A DNA stretch of 55,867 bases from Nemertoderma westbladi (lineage: Eukaryota; Animalia; Xenacoelomorpha), in NCBI GenBank assembly GCA_032718475.1, contig JAUCBJ010000800.1, forward strand, positions 1-55,867, given 5' to 3'. Both the position numbers and the translations under genes were made by a program. Of the stretch, positions 35,801 to 47,984 are shown piece by piece (the first letter of the stretch is position 1; every line of letters starts with the position of its first letter). The notes under the pieces were generated by a model. That model was not told the DNA's origin. It saw only the letters and a list, made by a program, of their open reading frames with translations, and did not search any database.

Positions 35801-36400
35801 TGGAGACAATTTTTAAACTATGGGACTCCATAGCATTATCATCAATCTTATACAATATTCGTTTCCACATTGGAGCATTGTCTGGGTCTGAAACTGATAG
35901 CCTGGATGCCTACTATGGGAAGACAATAAGAGAACTTCTTCATGTTGGGTCTTATGTTTCCAACTGAACCCTTTATGAGCTTACTGGATGCAAACCCATC
36001 TCAGTTTTAGCCTTCCGGAGTGCTGTGCAATGGTACTTCGATTCACAATGTGTCCCAGCATTACACTACTACAAGGATCGTTTCGTGCTGTATCTAACTT
36101 GAACTTGAACAGACAGGGGAACTTCTGTGGTGTCACCAATGGCTACAGGAAAGCACGAACAGAGTTCCACCTTCCAAGCCTGTCATCCCTGTTAACGTAC
36201 AAATACTCGAAACCAAACCTACTAGCGAGACTAGACATGTGACCATCTCCCCGAGCAGATACTTTAATTGCAAACTTCCTATACAACTGTTTTGCACTAG
36301 AAGATACCACTTTTGCCGAAAAAAAGGCCAGGATTCTTCAATACTAGTTAGCTGCATAACATTTATAAAAAACAAATAAACCGAAATCATTAAATTAAAT
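32860..36400 (+). mobile_element. LINE ORF2 remnant split by a nested RTE insertion
   Basis: DHYPV (~32941), linker ORFs, then RT motifs SYQPVSIISLLAKVFE, LDLASAFDNV, GVKQGS, LAYADD. Removing the insertion restores LSKNKSPDYSSMQVEHL. Confidence 0.88.
33634..34774 (-). mobile_element. Internally deleted RTE element (5' UTR, endonuclease start, 3' end) with TSD
   Basis: KIATMNARTL..IDIICIQEHR and VICCYSPTN join directly to ESVFLYGGETWTL..DGCYTRLLRAALNISW; (TAG)n tail at 33634; flanking duplication caaaaacaa. Confidence 0.88.
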
Positions 36401-36463
36401 CAATGTCCAAATAATTAATCTCATTTCATCAGATTCATTTTATTTCACAATTTCCCAATAAAT

Positions 36464-36553
36464 TACCGTATTTCCCCACTCTATACCGTATTTCCCCACC
36501 CTATACCGTATTTTACCACTCTATACCGTATTTCACCACACATATCGTATTTA
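36464..36553. repeat. 20-bp minisatellite, about 4.5 copies
   Basis: Unit ctataccgtatttccccact, located just downstream of the TRIP4-like stop. Confidence 0.85.
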
Positions 36554-36644
36554 CTATTTAGCCCCAGTTTATTTCCCATATTTACACTGACACTATTTGC
36601 ACATATACAGTGAGAGATATAAATGTAGTAAAAGTACTGGAGAA

Positions 36645-37815
36645 CTATTGAGCCAACCCTGTAACTACAAGTTGGTGTAGATAGGGGTCTAGTTTCCATA
36701 TCTTATGTTGCCCTTTAACAGGCAATTTAACGATAAGTTTCCGCGGATTTTGGTAAAGAAAGACGAACGGCGACTGGGATTCCCCGTTGGGATGGAGAGC
36801 GTGGTAAGTTTCCTGATCCAAAACGTCGACAATATCGACGCAACCGAGGCTAACGGCAAGCTAACGGCCCCATCCCGGTGCAGTGTCTCGACCGCCACTA
36901 TATCTTCACATAGGGGGGGGCGCGCAGTAGCGGCGATCCACAAGCGGCCCCGATGCGGCGAGTACCAACCCTGGCTCTCGTCCAACTTGGCCCCGCAGAC
37001 TAGCAGCGACGCCCAGGGCTGATGGAGACTCAGACACTTCCCGGGGTCACTGGCTTGCTGCAGACCCGCGTCCTGGAGCCGCAAGTCCCTGCGGGAGATT
37101 TTAGTACCCGCGCTGACTGGCTCCAACTCCGCCGTTATATCAATGGAGTCGGACTTATGGGGAGCAAAAACGAACCGCGGTACGGAATCCTGTCCAACCC
37201 CGGTCCCTCCCACCCACGTCCCTCCCTCCTCCACCACCGCAGCCTCCCACCCCTCCCCCCCACCAACCATCCTCTCCTCCTCGATCACACACCTCCCCAC
37301 GAAGTCTACAGTGACGCCCCTCCCACTCCGACGGTCGTGTCGTCTCTCGCGGAGCTCCGACTCTGCGCGGCACGCCGCTCCGCCTTGCTCAACCAACTAT
37401 CCACCCCCCAAGGCGAACCAATCTGACTGATTGTCGATAACCTTAGTTCGACTCGAACTAGTTTTATCGAACTCGAGTAATCGATTCTTCTGTTCCAACG
37501 CCCTCCGTATATCAGCCCCCCTCCCTCCCGGGTCCCATACTCCCTCTCCAAAACCGCCTCCCAATATTAACCCACTCCCTAACACCCCCAAACCCCCAGG
37601 TTTATCCGTATCAATGCCTCTTAATCTCTCTAACAACTTCAACCCTTTCTTCGTCCCCGAGTCTATAAGTTCCTTATCGGCCTTACTGCAGACTAGAGCG
37701 GCGCAGTGCAGACAAGGTCCCGACCCTTATTCCTGCGCGCAGACTATGCGACCGCACCGCAGACAGTTGGACACCAAGCCGTGTCTCTGACCCGCACAGT
37801 CGCAAGAGTTTCTCC
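36645..37815 (-). pseudogene. TRIP4: Disrupted TRIP4/ASC-1 (activating signal cointegrator 1) exon: C2HC5 zinc finger to ASCH domain
   Basis: CDCAGQRHGLVSNCLRCGRIVCAQE*GSGPCLHC, KNRLLEFDKTS..RTKVIDNQSDW, VTVDFVGR, GKCLSLHQPWASLLV, WYSPHRGRLWIAAT, KGQHKIWKLD. One in-frame stop (37727-37729) and at least three frameshifts; candidate acceptor cccag before 37815. Confidence 0.88.
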
Positions 37816-37959
37816 CTGGGAGTATCAGGTTACAGTTGTACAATGCTTCAATTACAATATATAAAAAATAAGATAATAAAAAAATAATATAATAATAATA
37901 AAAAAAATAAAAAATAACTAATGTTTGTTGCCATTGGCCCATACAAACCTTGTCCTCTA

Positions 37960-38720
37960 TAAAGTACATTTCTTGGCCGTAGACGAAGGCCCAACACGGA
38001 AGGTACTTAAAGAGCAACACGACCGAACACAGTCGAAAATAGGAAGAGCAAAAAAAATAACATCGGGTACAAACTTTTAGATAAAATTAGCCACGCGTTG
38101 CTTTTCTATAAGTAAATTCCCGAAATTATTGAATAAAATCGTCGCGAAATTAAATATTCATTTCACTTAATTAAATATTCATAGCCTAAGCCTACAACTA
38201 ATAATTGAATCTAGTAGTAGGCCTAAGTTAAGTGTGGTTAGCACCGGGCCAGAGATCACTACCGGTGTCCTAGGCGAATTTTATTTTAGGATTTATTTGT
38301 TTGTTTTTTTTTGGTTAGGGTTAGTTGGTCAGGCCCACACACCCTAATTAACTGCCATGTAACCCTAACCCTAAGTCATAAGGCTCTAATCTAAGAAATG
38401 TTGTGGAATCGACCTTGCCATTGGCCACTGCCATTATATGACAGTTTTAATTAGGTATTCGGGCCGCGACTGTGTTCGATTGTCTTCGGCAGTTTTTGGA
38501 GTGTATATATGTGTGTTCGACTGTGTTCCGTCGTGTTGTTCTTTAAGTACCTTCCGACCCACACACCCAGGACGAAGGTCCGTATGGGACGAAGGTCCGA
38601 ATGGGACGAAGGTCCGAACAGGACGAAGGTCCGGACGGACCGAAAAAGCGATCCAGACGGTCACTTTCGGACCTTCGTCCCATTTGGACCTTCGACTCAT
38701 TCGGACCTTAGACCCAATAC
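37960..38720. mobile_element. MITE-like element with inverted repeats and 15-bp ggacgaaggtccg repeats
   Basis: gaaggtacttaaagagcaacacgaccgaacacagtcgaa (~38000) is inverted at ~38516-38554; ggacgaaggtcc about 4 times, then inverted ggaccttcgtcc. Confidence 0.7.
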
Positions 38721-38954
38721 CGGCTTCATCTGAGCAGTGAACAAACTAGTGAGCTCCCTTAATGTCTCCAACAGAACAGCAATGTCAGATCAAAGTCAAA
38801 ATCTGGAACATATTTCTCTGGGGTGTAGTATATCCATGGTTTCTACTACCATATTGAGGGCATATACGCATCTACCCAATTTAAATCAATTGCTATAACT
38901 GGTTATTGGTTATAACTGGTTATAACATTCTTTCAAATTAATTATTTCGAAAAT

Positions 38955-40925
38955 ATTCTAAGAAAATTTTGCATATCGATCGGAGAAGAGTTAGGCGTTT
39001 AAATTTTAATAGAGCTGTTAGAGCTTATAGCATCTTCTTTCGATTAAGGTTGACAATTCTATATTCTCACAGTTTTATCAATGTCGACAAACCACTAAGC
39101 AGTTAGTCCATACTTGTTGCATGAACAGGTACGAAAATAACGAAATTTTTTTAAACATCGGATAATATTATAATAATTTCGTTCACATATGAAAACACAA
39201 AGCATGTAATACGCAATACAATTAATTGCTGAAAGGAAATTAAATATAGTTGGAATGAGGATAATAATGGATAGCGGAACAGAAAGTAAAATTTCAAGCA
39301 GAACAAACCAAATTAGGTATTTCTTCTAATTCAATCATTTCTAGAGAACACCAAAACCTTCAAATAATTGAGCCCACAATCTATAATGTCTCTGTAAATG
39401 ACACTGTATGATATTGCAGGGAATCAGGAAACCTATTAATATTATTAGGCCTACACCTTTTTTACACATTAAAATCTCGGTACCCAACACTTTGACTCAA
39501 TCACTACTACTACTAGGATCGGCATGCTGCATTGCAGCTGCATTTTTAAGAATGCTGTGCCAGCTTATCGACAAAATTGCACCGCCACAACTCCCTATCA
39601 CCCATGACATTTCCTAGATCATCTGCATCTTCAAGGCCAGAGTCCTTTAAGATGCGTCTCAAGAAAGTCATGGGCTGTCCACCATGCTTATTCACTCCAT
39701 GAGGCTGCCAAAGTACAAGATTATGCACTGGCTAGTCCTCACGGCGAAAGCAATGTCCTGCAAAGCGGAGGCGATTTTGTTCTAGTGTCAAGCTTGGGGG
39801 AACCAATGAGACACCTCCAATGTTATATAGTGTCTGGTTGGAGATGTGTGCATTGTTCTTGACACAATGAACCCGGCGTAGCATTCTTGTGAATGTGCCA
39901 TCCAGAGATTTGGTGTCCTCAGCAGTTAGAGCCCAGCATGGACTCCCATAGAGGAGTACTGGAACTACTGCTGCTGTAAATAATCGGACCTTAAGTTTCG
40001 GATTAATTCTCGGAGACTTCCAAATCCTGGAAAGCCTATTCAAGGCTGCCCATGCCTTTCCCTTACGTATTCGAAGGTCCTCACCTGACTTCCGGATCCA
40101 TGATCCCAGGTAACAGAAGTCATCCACATGCTCAAGCATACCATCTTTTGAGCTTATGCTCATCCGATCAGAGACTTGCTTAACTGTCAAATTTTTGGTC
40201 TTTCTGGAGTTAATAAAAAGACCAATACTAGAAGCAGCATGTTCTAATGAGCTGAGGAGCCGTTGGGCTCCCTCTAGTGATTCTGAGAGTACTCCTAGTC
40301 ATCAGCAAAGTCTAGATCAGTTAGGTACTTGGCAGGATTTCCTCGACTTCTGGAGCCAGTAGGTGGAGTTATCATCACCCCATCATCATTATGATGATCT
40401 AAGGACATGCGTAGAACATAGTCAACAACAATTATGAACAAGAATGGTGCAAGTGTGTCTCCCTGGAGGGCGCCCCACAACACTTCAAATGGTTCTGTGT
40501 CACTGTCAACAGTAGACACAAATGTTGTCGAACCATCGTATACTGATCTGATTGCCAATCAATCACAGAGGGAATCAATGATTTGGTCAATGATCTAAAA
40601 TAACCAATCAATAATATCGGTAGTGTAGTGAAGAAATACATGGTAGACAGCAAACCTCAAATGACATGAACGAGAATTAAATAAGTACTTAAACAAAGAG
40701 AGCTTACTTAATGTCACGTAGACAACACCAAATGATATAGTGATAAATATTGAACACAGTTATTAATGATGACAGGATTTGTTTGCTCAGGTTATAAATT
40801 ATTTCTACATTTCTACAGCTCTAACGTCTACATTAATTCGCTTTTGAATACAGCGCTGTAAAGGGATATTAAATAATGATCCTTCCAAAGTTATAACATA
40901 ACAACAATAATGTTTACATTTTTTA
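38955..40925. repeat. Local duplicated segment, copy 2 (carries an RTE insertion, lacks the adjacent CRAL-TRIO gene)
   Basis: High identity to 29300-30690 on both sides of the insertion. Confidence 0.9.
39505..40558 (-). mobile_element. 5'-truncated RTE-clade LINE insertion with 8-bp TSD
   Basis: GALQGDTLAPFLF, DLDFADD, DFCYLGSW, LLYGSPCW, RLRFAGHCFR; (TAG)n tail; TSD tcaatcac at 39497-39504 and 40559-40566; empty site at 29852-29859. Confidence 0.95.
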
Positions 40926-40949
40926 ATCATTCAATTGAAATACCTCTTT

Positions 40950-41225
40950 CATACCAATTCAATTCATACCAATTCAAAATATTAAGTGGTCGTAGCACGT
41001 TTAGCAACCATAATCTGTTTCAGCTCAACAACAATGGTAGAACAAGGGGCCATTCCATGAAACTGTTAACTCCTCATTCAAATAGCCGTCTGCATCAGAC
41101 ACATTTCACTATAAGAAATATTCCGGTGTGGAATTCGCTTCCATCAGCAGTTGTGACAACACTTTTTTCAATACTTAAACTATCAGAGTTTAAGTAGTGC
41201 TGATAGGAAGTAGTGTTTAAGTGGT
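40950..41225 (+). mobile_element. CR1-like LINE 3' fragment
   Basis: RTRGHSMKL...HFTIRNIPVWNSLP. Confidence 0.75.
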
Positions 41226-41238
41226 TTCAGTAGTTATT

Positions 41239-41495
41239 GCAGCAGCTTGGTCTAGTGGTGACATTACTGTGCTTCCGATTAGGGAGCCCGGGTTCGATCC
41301 CTAGATGGGGCAGCACTGTTTGGGCACAGTGCTTTAAATGCTGCAGCCTAGCCCAACCCCGGATTTCATCTTTCAGTGGTCGATAAATGGGAACCAAGGC
41401 AACTTGGGAAACAGAGTGGAAGGGTTTGCTGTGGAAGATCACCCATGGTGGTGAACAGGCATTCCTTGGCTAAACGAGCCTAAAAGATTATCCCA
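41239..41495 (+). mobile_element. Full-length tRNA-derived SINE with 13-bp TSD
   Basis: A box tggtctagtgg (41248), B box ggttcgatcc (41291), central catctttcagtggtcgataaatgg motif; TSD ttcagtagttatt at 41226-41238 and 41496-41508. Confidence 0.92.
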
Positions 41496-41599
41496 TTCAG
41501 TAGTTATTAACATGTTCGAGCTATGCCCTGTTGAAGGCTGTTAATTGTATTTTAATACATGTTTGGGTTGAAATATTGGCAATAACTGATTCTTTGATC

Positions 41600-42620
41600 A
41601 ACCTAAAGCACCACCTCCCTTGACTACTCATGATGTTTACTCTGGTGACCTGGGCGCAGAACTATCTTTGGAATTTGAAACTACCACACAATCAGCGGAA
41701 TACCCTGCTCGGCATCTGCCTGACTACAGAGAAGCTGGCACGCTTCTATCAGCACAAACTTTTATTACTGAACTGCCAATGCGAAAACAAGTTTCCGAAC
41801 TTTATTGACAAATCTGTTTAATTTAACATTGCACACCCAAGTTTTAAAAACATCCTAGGTAACTTCAAACAGCGTAGTTTAGCATCTGCAATATGCTCCA
41901 CCCACTCCAAAATTTCAGGACTTATTAAACATCGTGCTATACATCAACTTTTTATCGAAACCACCCATCTACCACCCAATATTATGCATAAAATGCAACA
42001 TTTTTATAAGAAAACCCACGAACTGGCCACGTTGGATGCTGGCTCTATCCAATGGAAGAAACTGAATAAACTGACTAGTTGGGACGCAACTGTACACAAA
42101 CAACAACTACGGAGCCTTCAACTGGCACCGGATAGAGTTTTTGTGGATAGCTCCACTACTCCTTCCCTTCCAGAAGGTACGAAAGATCTCTTAAACAAAG
42201 GACCCCAGTTCGCGGTGCAACATGAACTTGACTGCGACACTGTGGCTGACCTCTCAATTACACTAGATCATTTACCACATGGAATGCAGTGGAGAATCGA
42301 GTGCGATCAGCGCGCAGAGGAACAACGTAGTTTGAATACTACTGACACCATGCTTTCTTCTTACAACCACCCTCACTACAACCTCGTCATTAGGACGAAT
42401 TTATTTCCCCAATGCATAGCAACTCCCTCCCCTGGAAGACACCCCCCATCAGTACTGCATGATATTGAGGAACTCACTAACGCCATCAAGGCAGTTTTCG
42501 GACAGCATAAATCGCAGCTCATACGTAATCCCAGGAACAAGACGTACTGTAACCTCTCAGATAAAGTAAACCGCACAGCACAGGTAACCGCAAGTTATAC
42601 TACCCTGATTGGTTGGAATA
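41600..42620 (+). mobile_element. Probable Penelope-like element, N-terminal ORF fragment
   Basis: ORF 41984-42649 contains SLPEGTKDLLNKGPQFAV and a later NLS motif typical of the region before PLE RT; no RT core present. Confidence 0.5.
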
Positions 42621-42649
42621 CATTCTGGTCGTGGATGTTAGGCCATTAG

Positions 42650-43703
42650 GGGCATTTTCAACAGAATTTGGAATATATTTGGGAAAGAGTACGTCTCTGA
42701 TATCCAGTTTATGAGTCGTTATCAGCTCTGGGATTAGATTGGGGATGATCAGCTGGTCCAGTTGATGGGATAGTTGAGGGAGATATTACCGGAAGGAGGT
42801 GATGAGTCATTGGTTGAAAAAAACAATAACAATTAAAAACCTGTTGTCTTTGAGACCTTGTTCGTTGATATTTGAGAGACTGCTTCATGAAATCAGAATG
42901 GGTTCCATAAAGGTCGTGGGACCATGGAGCCCATTTTGGCACTTAGAAGGATAATTGAAGAGTTATCAAAAAAGAAAGACAGGCATCTGGCTGTTATCTT
43001 TGTTGACTTCTTCAAGGCCTTTGATTCAGTCTCTCGGTCACGTATGTTCAGCATACTTTCATTATATGGGATTCCTGATGAAATTATTGCAGCAATCAGA
43101 TCAGTATACGATGGTTCGACAACATTTGTGTCTACTGTTGACGGTGACACAGAACCATTTGAAGTGTTATGGGGCGTCCTCCAAGGAGACACACTTGCAC
43201 CATTCTTGTTCATTATTGTGGTTGACTATGTTCTACGCATGTCCTTAGATCATCATAATGATGATGGGGTGATGATAACTCCACCTACTGGCTCCAGAAG
43301 TCGAGGAAATCCTGCCAAGTACCTAACTTGCTGATGACTTAGGAGTACTCTCAGAATCATTAGTTTTTCATCAGAATCATTAGCTTTGAAAGTCCTCAGC
43401 AAGTCTCTGATCGGATGAGCATAAGCTCAAAGGATGGTATGCTTGAGCATGTGGACGATTTCTGTTACCTGGGATCATGGATCCGGAAGTCAGGTGAGGA
43501 CCTTCGATTATGTAATGGAAAGGCATGGGCAGCCTTGAATAGGCTTTCCAGGATTTGGAAGTCACCGAGAATTAATCGGAAACTTAAGGTCTGATTATTT
43601 AGAGCAGCAGTAGTTCCAGTACTCCTCTATTGGAGTCCATGCTGGGCTCTAACTGCTGAGGACACCAAATCTCTGGATGGCACATTCACAAGAATGCTAT
43701 GCC
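42650..43703 (+). mobile_element. RTE-clade LINE RT fragment (same family as 39505-40558, opposite orientation)
   Basis: QNGF..GRGTMEPILALRRIIE, FVDFFKAFDSV, GVLQGDTLAPFLF; deletions at and after the FADD motif. Confidence 0.92.
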
Positions 43704-43709
43704 ACACTA

Positions 43710-43976
43710 TTAGTTTTTAGAAAACGAAAAATTTTGAAATTTTGTCCTGGGACTACTTTTATTTTTCATCAAAATTATGAGTCCCTGCTTATGAAATTTT
43801 AACTTTTTAAGGTTTGGTAGTGTTCATCTATAGTTGTTTCACCAACAGCCCAAATTTTGTAGGATTTCATTGGACGACTACAAAAATATAGTGGGTGGGC
43901 CGAATCGCCCCCCCCCCCCCCCCCCCCCCCCCCAGTGGTGCTAATGGTCAAAACACCCCAGTGGTAATAGGGTTAA
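43710..43976. mobile_element. piggyBac-like element terminus
   Basis: gggccgaatcg(c)n cagtggt...aataggg|ttaa; the same end recurs at 48778-48821. Confidence 0.6.
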
Positions 43977-44199
43977 GAGCATAACTACAAATAATTCCCC
44001 ACAAATAAATAAAATTAAATTATCCATTGTTCATAATTAGCACTTTAAAGTTTTACTGCCCATGTTTTATTATTTAGTAGCCAAAGGACATGAGACTCTT
44101 ATAGATGTACATGACATTATCCACTACTGTTATCACGAGCAACTTCTACAATATATAAATAGTTCTAGTAGTGTTTATGTTTCAGGTATTGGTATACCT

Positions 44200-46200
44200 G
44201 AAACTCGCTAGATAAGCATTTACTTTGTGTCAAGGTACTGGAACATGAGGACATTAATATATCCGATCCTGTCCCTGTCATTTCCAAATTTACTTTCCCA
44301 CCATCACTCTCCCAATTGGAAGAAAGAAGTAAAAAGCAAAAAAGAAACATACCTTGTTTTAATTTCAGCAAGGCATCCCAGGACCAAACTCAAAAATATA
44401 AGGAGTACATTGCGTCTCATCTGGAAGCCCATCATTACACCTCCGATGCTAAACAAGACTCTGCTCAACACATTTCCGAAAGACTTGCACACCTAACCAA
44501 AACCATTATGGAAGCTTCAAAGAAATTTATTCCCTATAGTTACCCACGACAAAAGAAGAAAGGGCCTCGAGAAACAACTCAGATCCAGACCACAATAAAT
44601 TAATTATTCCCTTAATAAATGCAAAAAAAGAGTGGTTATAAAGTGGAGACTTTAACACTCAAGAATACCATAAATACCGTATCGCTAAGGTAGAATATGA
44701 AGGCACCCTAATGTAAAAAGCACAACAATCAGAAATATCCTACCGACTTCATGTTAAAGAAATAGCCAACTCAATAAAAGATCCAATAAAATTCTGGAGA
44801 TTAGTAAAACCACATAAACAAAAACAACAGCTATCTGACACAAATGCAGACAAACTACATAGAGACTACATTACAACTTTCAAATCAGATGTACAAGATG
44901 AACATTGCAATGATACCGCCACTCACCCTACTGATACACCTTACCCAACAGTTGTTACAGAATCGCATATCAATCATAATATAACACTCCTAAATCGTGG
45001 TAAGGCAACTGACATAATCAACATGAAAGCAGAAAATCTTTACCATGGCTTATCTCACAATTTATGTACTTTCATAGCTGACATGTTTAACTCCATCAAC
45101 AAATCAGGAAACTGTCCCTTGATTCTATCCCAAAGACTCTTAATCGCTGTTACTAAACCAATGAAAGGTAACAAAATTTTTGAAAAGATGCGCTATAGAG
45201 GCATCACCATACTCAATGTCATTGCCAAATTATGGGAAACTACAATACTTAAGGAATTAGAATGCCTACAAACGAACGACCTACAACTTGGTTACAAAAC
45301 TAAGGTAAACTCGGAGACAGCATACATAACAACAGCTAACCTTATTAAAATCTTTAAATAAAATCATATTCCCTGAAATCTGTTGCATACATGCGTAATG
45401 GGACATATATATATCAGGAAGAAATATCACTAGAACAGGGCGTCCACCAGGGAGGAGAGTTAAGTTCGCTGCTATTTAACTTCTACATTGCTGAAATGGT
45501 AAATTCTATAATTGAAAGCGGCCTGGGACACCACCTCAAAGACTTATCATTCTGCATTATAACCTTTGCTGATGACATTGTTCTCTTAGCTAATATAAAT
45601 TCAGATTTAACAGATATGTTACAGTTAGCCTCTGAATCTCTATCAAACTTGAACCTTTCAGTCAGCATAAAAAAAATCGAATTACTTAAACATTGATGCT
45701 GATGGTACCACTATCATGGGAGACAAAGTATTTATAGGGGAGCAACCGATTAAATCAGTACATTCTTGTAGTTATATGGGCTTACCCATTGGCTTACCCT
45801 GCAATCAAACTCGAGAGCTCTGAAACACACGATTTTGAACAAGTTATGGATGAATGTCGCTATGATAAACACTCAGGGTTTCGCTGTTGATAATATGAGC
45901 ATCGATGTACTGACTACCATATGGCGATCCCTTAGTTTTACCAAGTGTTCTGTATGGCTCGTCATCACTAGAATCAAAAGACATGATCGAAATTGCCGCC
46001 TCAACAAGAAAAAGTTATGCGTAGCCTACTACGGGTATCAAAGATGTCAAATGTCACCCTGAATAATTTGTTCCAAATACCAGATGTATCTGACATCATA
46101 CGTGGAAACCAATATTGCACTATATATAATACATTCAATTGAAGCAATGAAAAAGTAATGTATCTGTTCTATTATCTAGTAAAGGCTGGTGACCACTCAA
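44200..46200 (+). mobile_element. Degraded LINE ORF2
   Basis: SHHSP, YRGITILNVIAKLWE, QLGY, GVHQGGELSSLLFN, ITFADDIVLL; stops and a deletion. Confidence 0.85.
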
Positions 46201-46469
46201 TAGTGAGTCTCAACAACTCCATCAGTGAATTTTCAGAAGATGTCAGAAAAGACTGTACACTCAGTCCACCTACATATGTATGTGCCAGCGCCGTATTTGA
46301 ACTAGATGCTGGTATACATACATACCCCTCATTGTTGGGCGACATAGAGGAAATGCATAAGGTTGAATGGGATATACTTTTGGTATTGTCCCGATATCGT
46401 TCTGAAATATTTGTGCCTTATACATTATTGTGGTTGAATGCCATAACCACTTCTGTTCCAACATTGTTA

Positions 46470-46760
46470 TCCATATAAACCGATCCTACATGGGTTCCTA
46501 ATAGTGATAACGACTCAAAGTATCCGACATGATAGAGAAGTGTACAGCGATATATTACGCGCAGGCTCTATGCTAGATGTTCTATTGGAACTTCAGACTA
46601 TCTCTCAAGATTGGATTTTTTGAAGCTAGAACCAATGGAAGTACGCCGAATAGTTTTCAATTTAAAATTAGTGTATTCTATCACACACAAACTTTATTGA
46701 TGTTCCGTTTGAGTCACTCTTTTCATATGCACCCAAGTTGGACTGCGGGGGCATAGCCAA
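46470..46760 (+). mobile_element. Degraded CR1-like 3' fragment
   Basis: Broken reading ...DYLSRLDFLKLEPMEVRR...LRGH. Confidence 0.5.
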
Positions 46761-47984
46761 GGTCAGGTCAGGTATTCTAGGTTATTGATCAAGAAAACTT
46801 GCCACCTCCATGCAGCATAAATGAGGTGCCACCTGTAGCTGCATAGACCCTCTTACTAGGGCAAATCTGGTCCTGTAACTAGGACCCCCCTTCGTTCTGG
46901 GATAAGGACACCCTTGGTTTTGGGTTAAGGACCCATATACGTTGCTGCAGGGGTATTGGCCTGGCCAGGCAGATGGTCATCTACCAATGTAGGTTCCACC
47001 TAAGGTTCCACTAAGGAACCTAGGTTCCACCTTGGTGTAGTGGTTGCATTGAATTCACATCTCCTGTAGGTCGTGGTTTCAATAAGCAATCGGTTTCCAA
47101 TACAATAATCTGCTTGACCTTTGATAAGTAATGTGATCCGCTAAACCACACAACTTTAATTAGCAATAATAGGATTCCAGCTTGACTAAGTAATTATAAT
47201 TAGCTATCAGTACATCCGTTATTAGGAACCGAATCGTTGCTGACTGACTGACTAACTGAAATTTGGGGCTATTTTACCTATTTGGGGCGGTAAAAAAGTA
47301 TATTTGGTGCGAAAACTCCTGTATTCTGGGATATAATAACTTGTGGTCGAAATTTAATTATGTAAGACTGATCGAAAACAGTTTATATGCCACTAAAAAT
47401 GAAGTCTGATAACGATAAAACACAGATGCCCAAGATTTTAGCTTTGTATGGTGAAATATTCTATTTTGACAGACACATGGGCAGGCAAACGGACAGACAT
47501 ACAGACAGTCTAGATGCCACCAAACATGAAAACCGTAATCGGGAATGAAATCACAGACTATGAAAACTCCATGCCATGTATTATGGTTGCATGTCTTATT
47601 TCATAACTAATGTGCATTGCGCACATGTCGCACTGCGGTATAAAGCTGGAAAATATGTCGCTCTGGCGATTTGTTTGTGCGAAATTAATTCCATACAATT
47701 ATTACAAATAAATAAAATAATATTATATATATTTAAATTAATTCGAAATTAATTCCATACAATTATTACAAATAAATAAAATTATATATATATATTTAAA
47801 AGCCTTATTTCTTTAATTAAAAACATTATGAAATATTATTTTATCAATTTAAAATATGAATAAAAATAAAAATACAATAATTGTTGTATCTAGTAATAAT
47901 GCACAATTTTAAAAATTTTTCTTTATAATGATTCGTTATATGGCTGCCTATTAAATTTCAACATTATTCGGCAGTGTTGGCTAG

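Noticed and set aside
37727-37729. Programmed readthrough or recoding of the TAA in TRIP4
   Set aside because: Several additional frameshifts and motif decay point to pseudogenisation.
38313-38375. Telomeric TTAGGG repeats
   Set aside because: Only about two units in each orientation, inside a MITE-like element.
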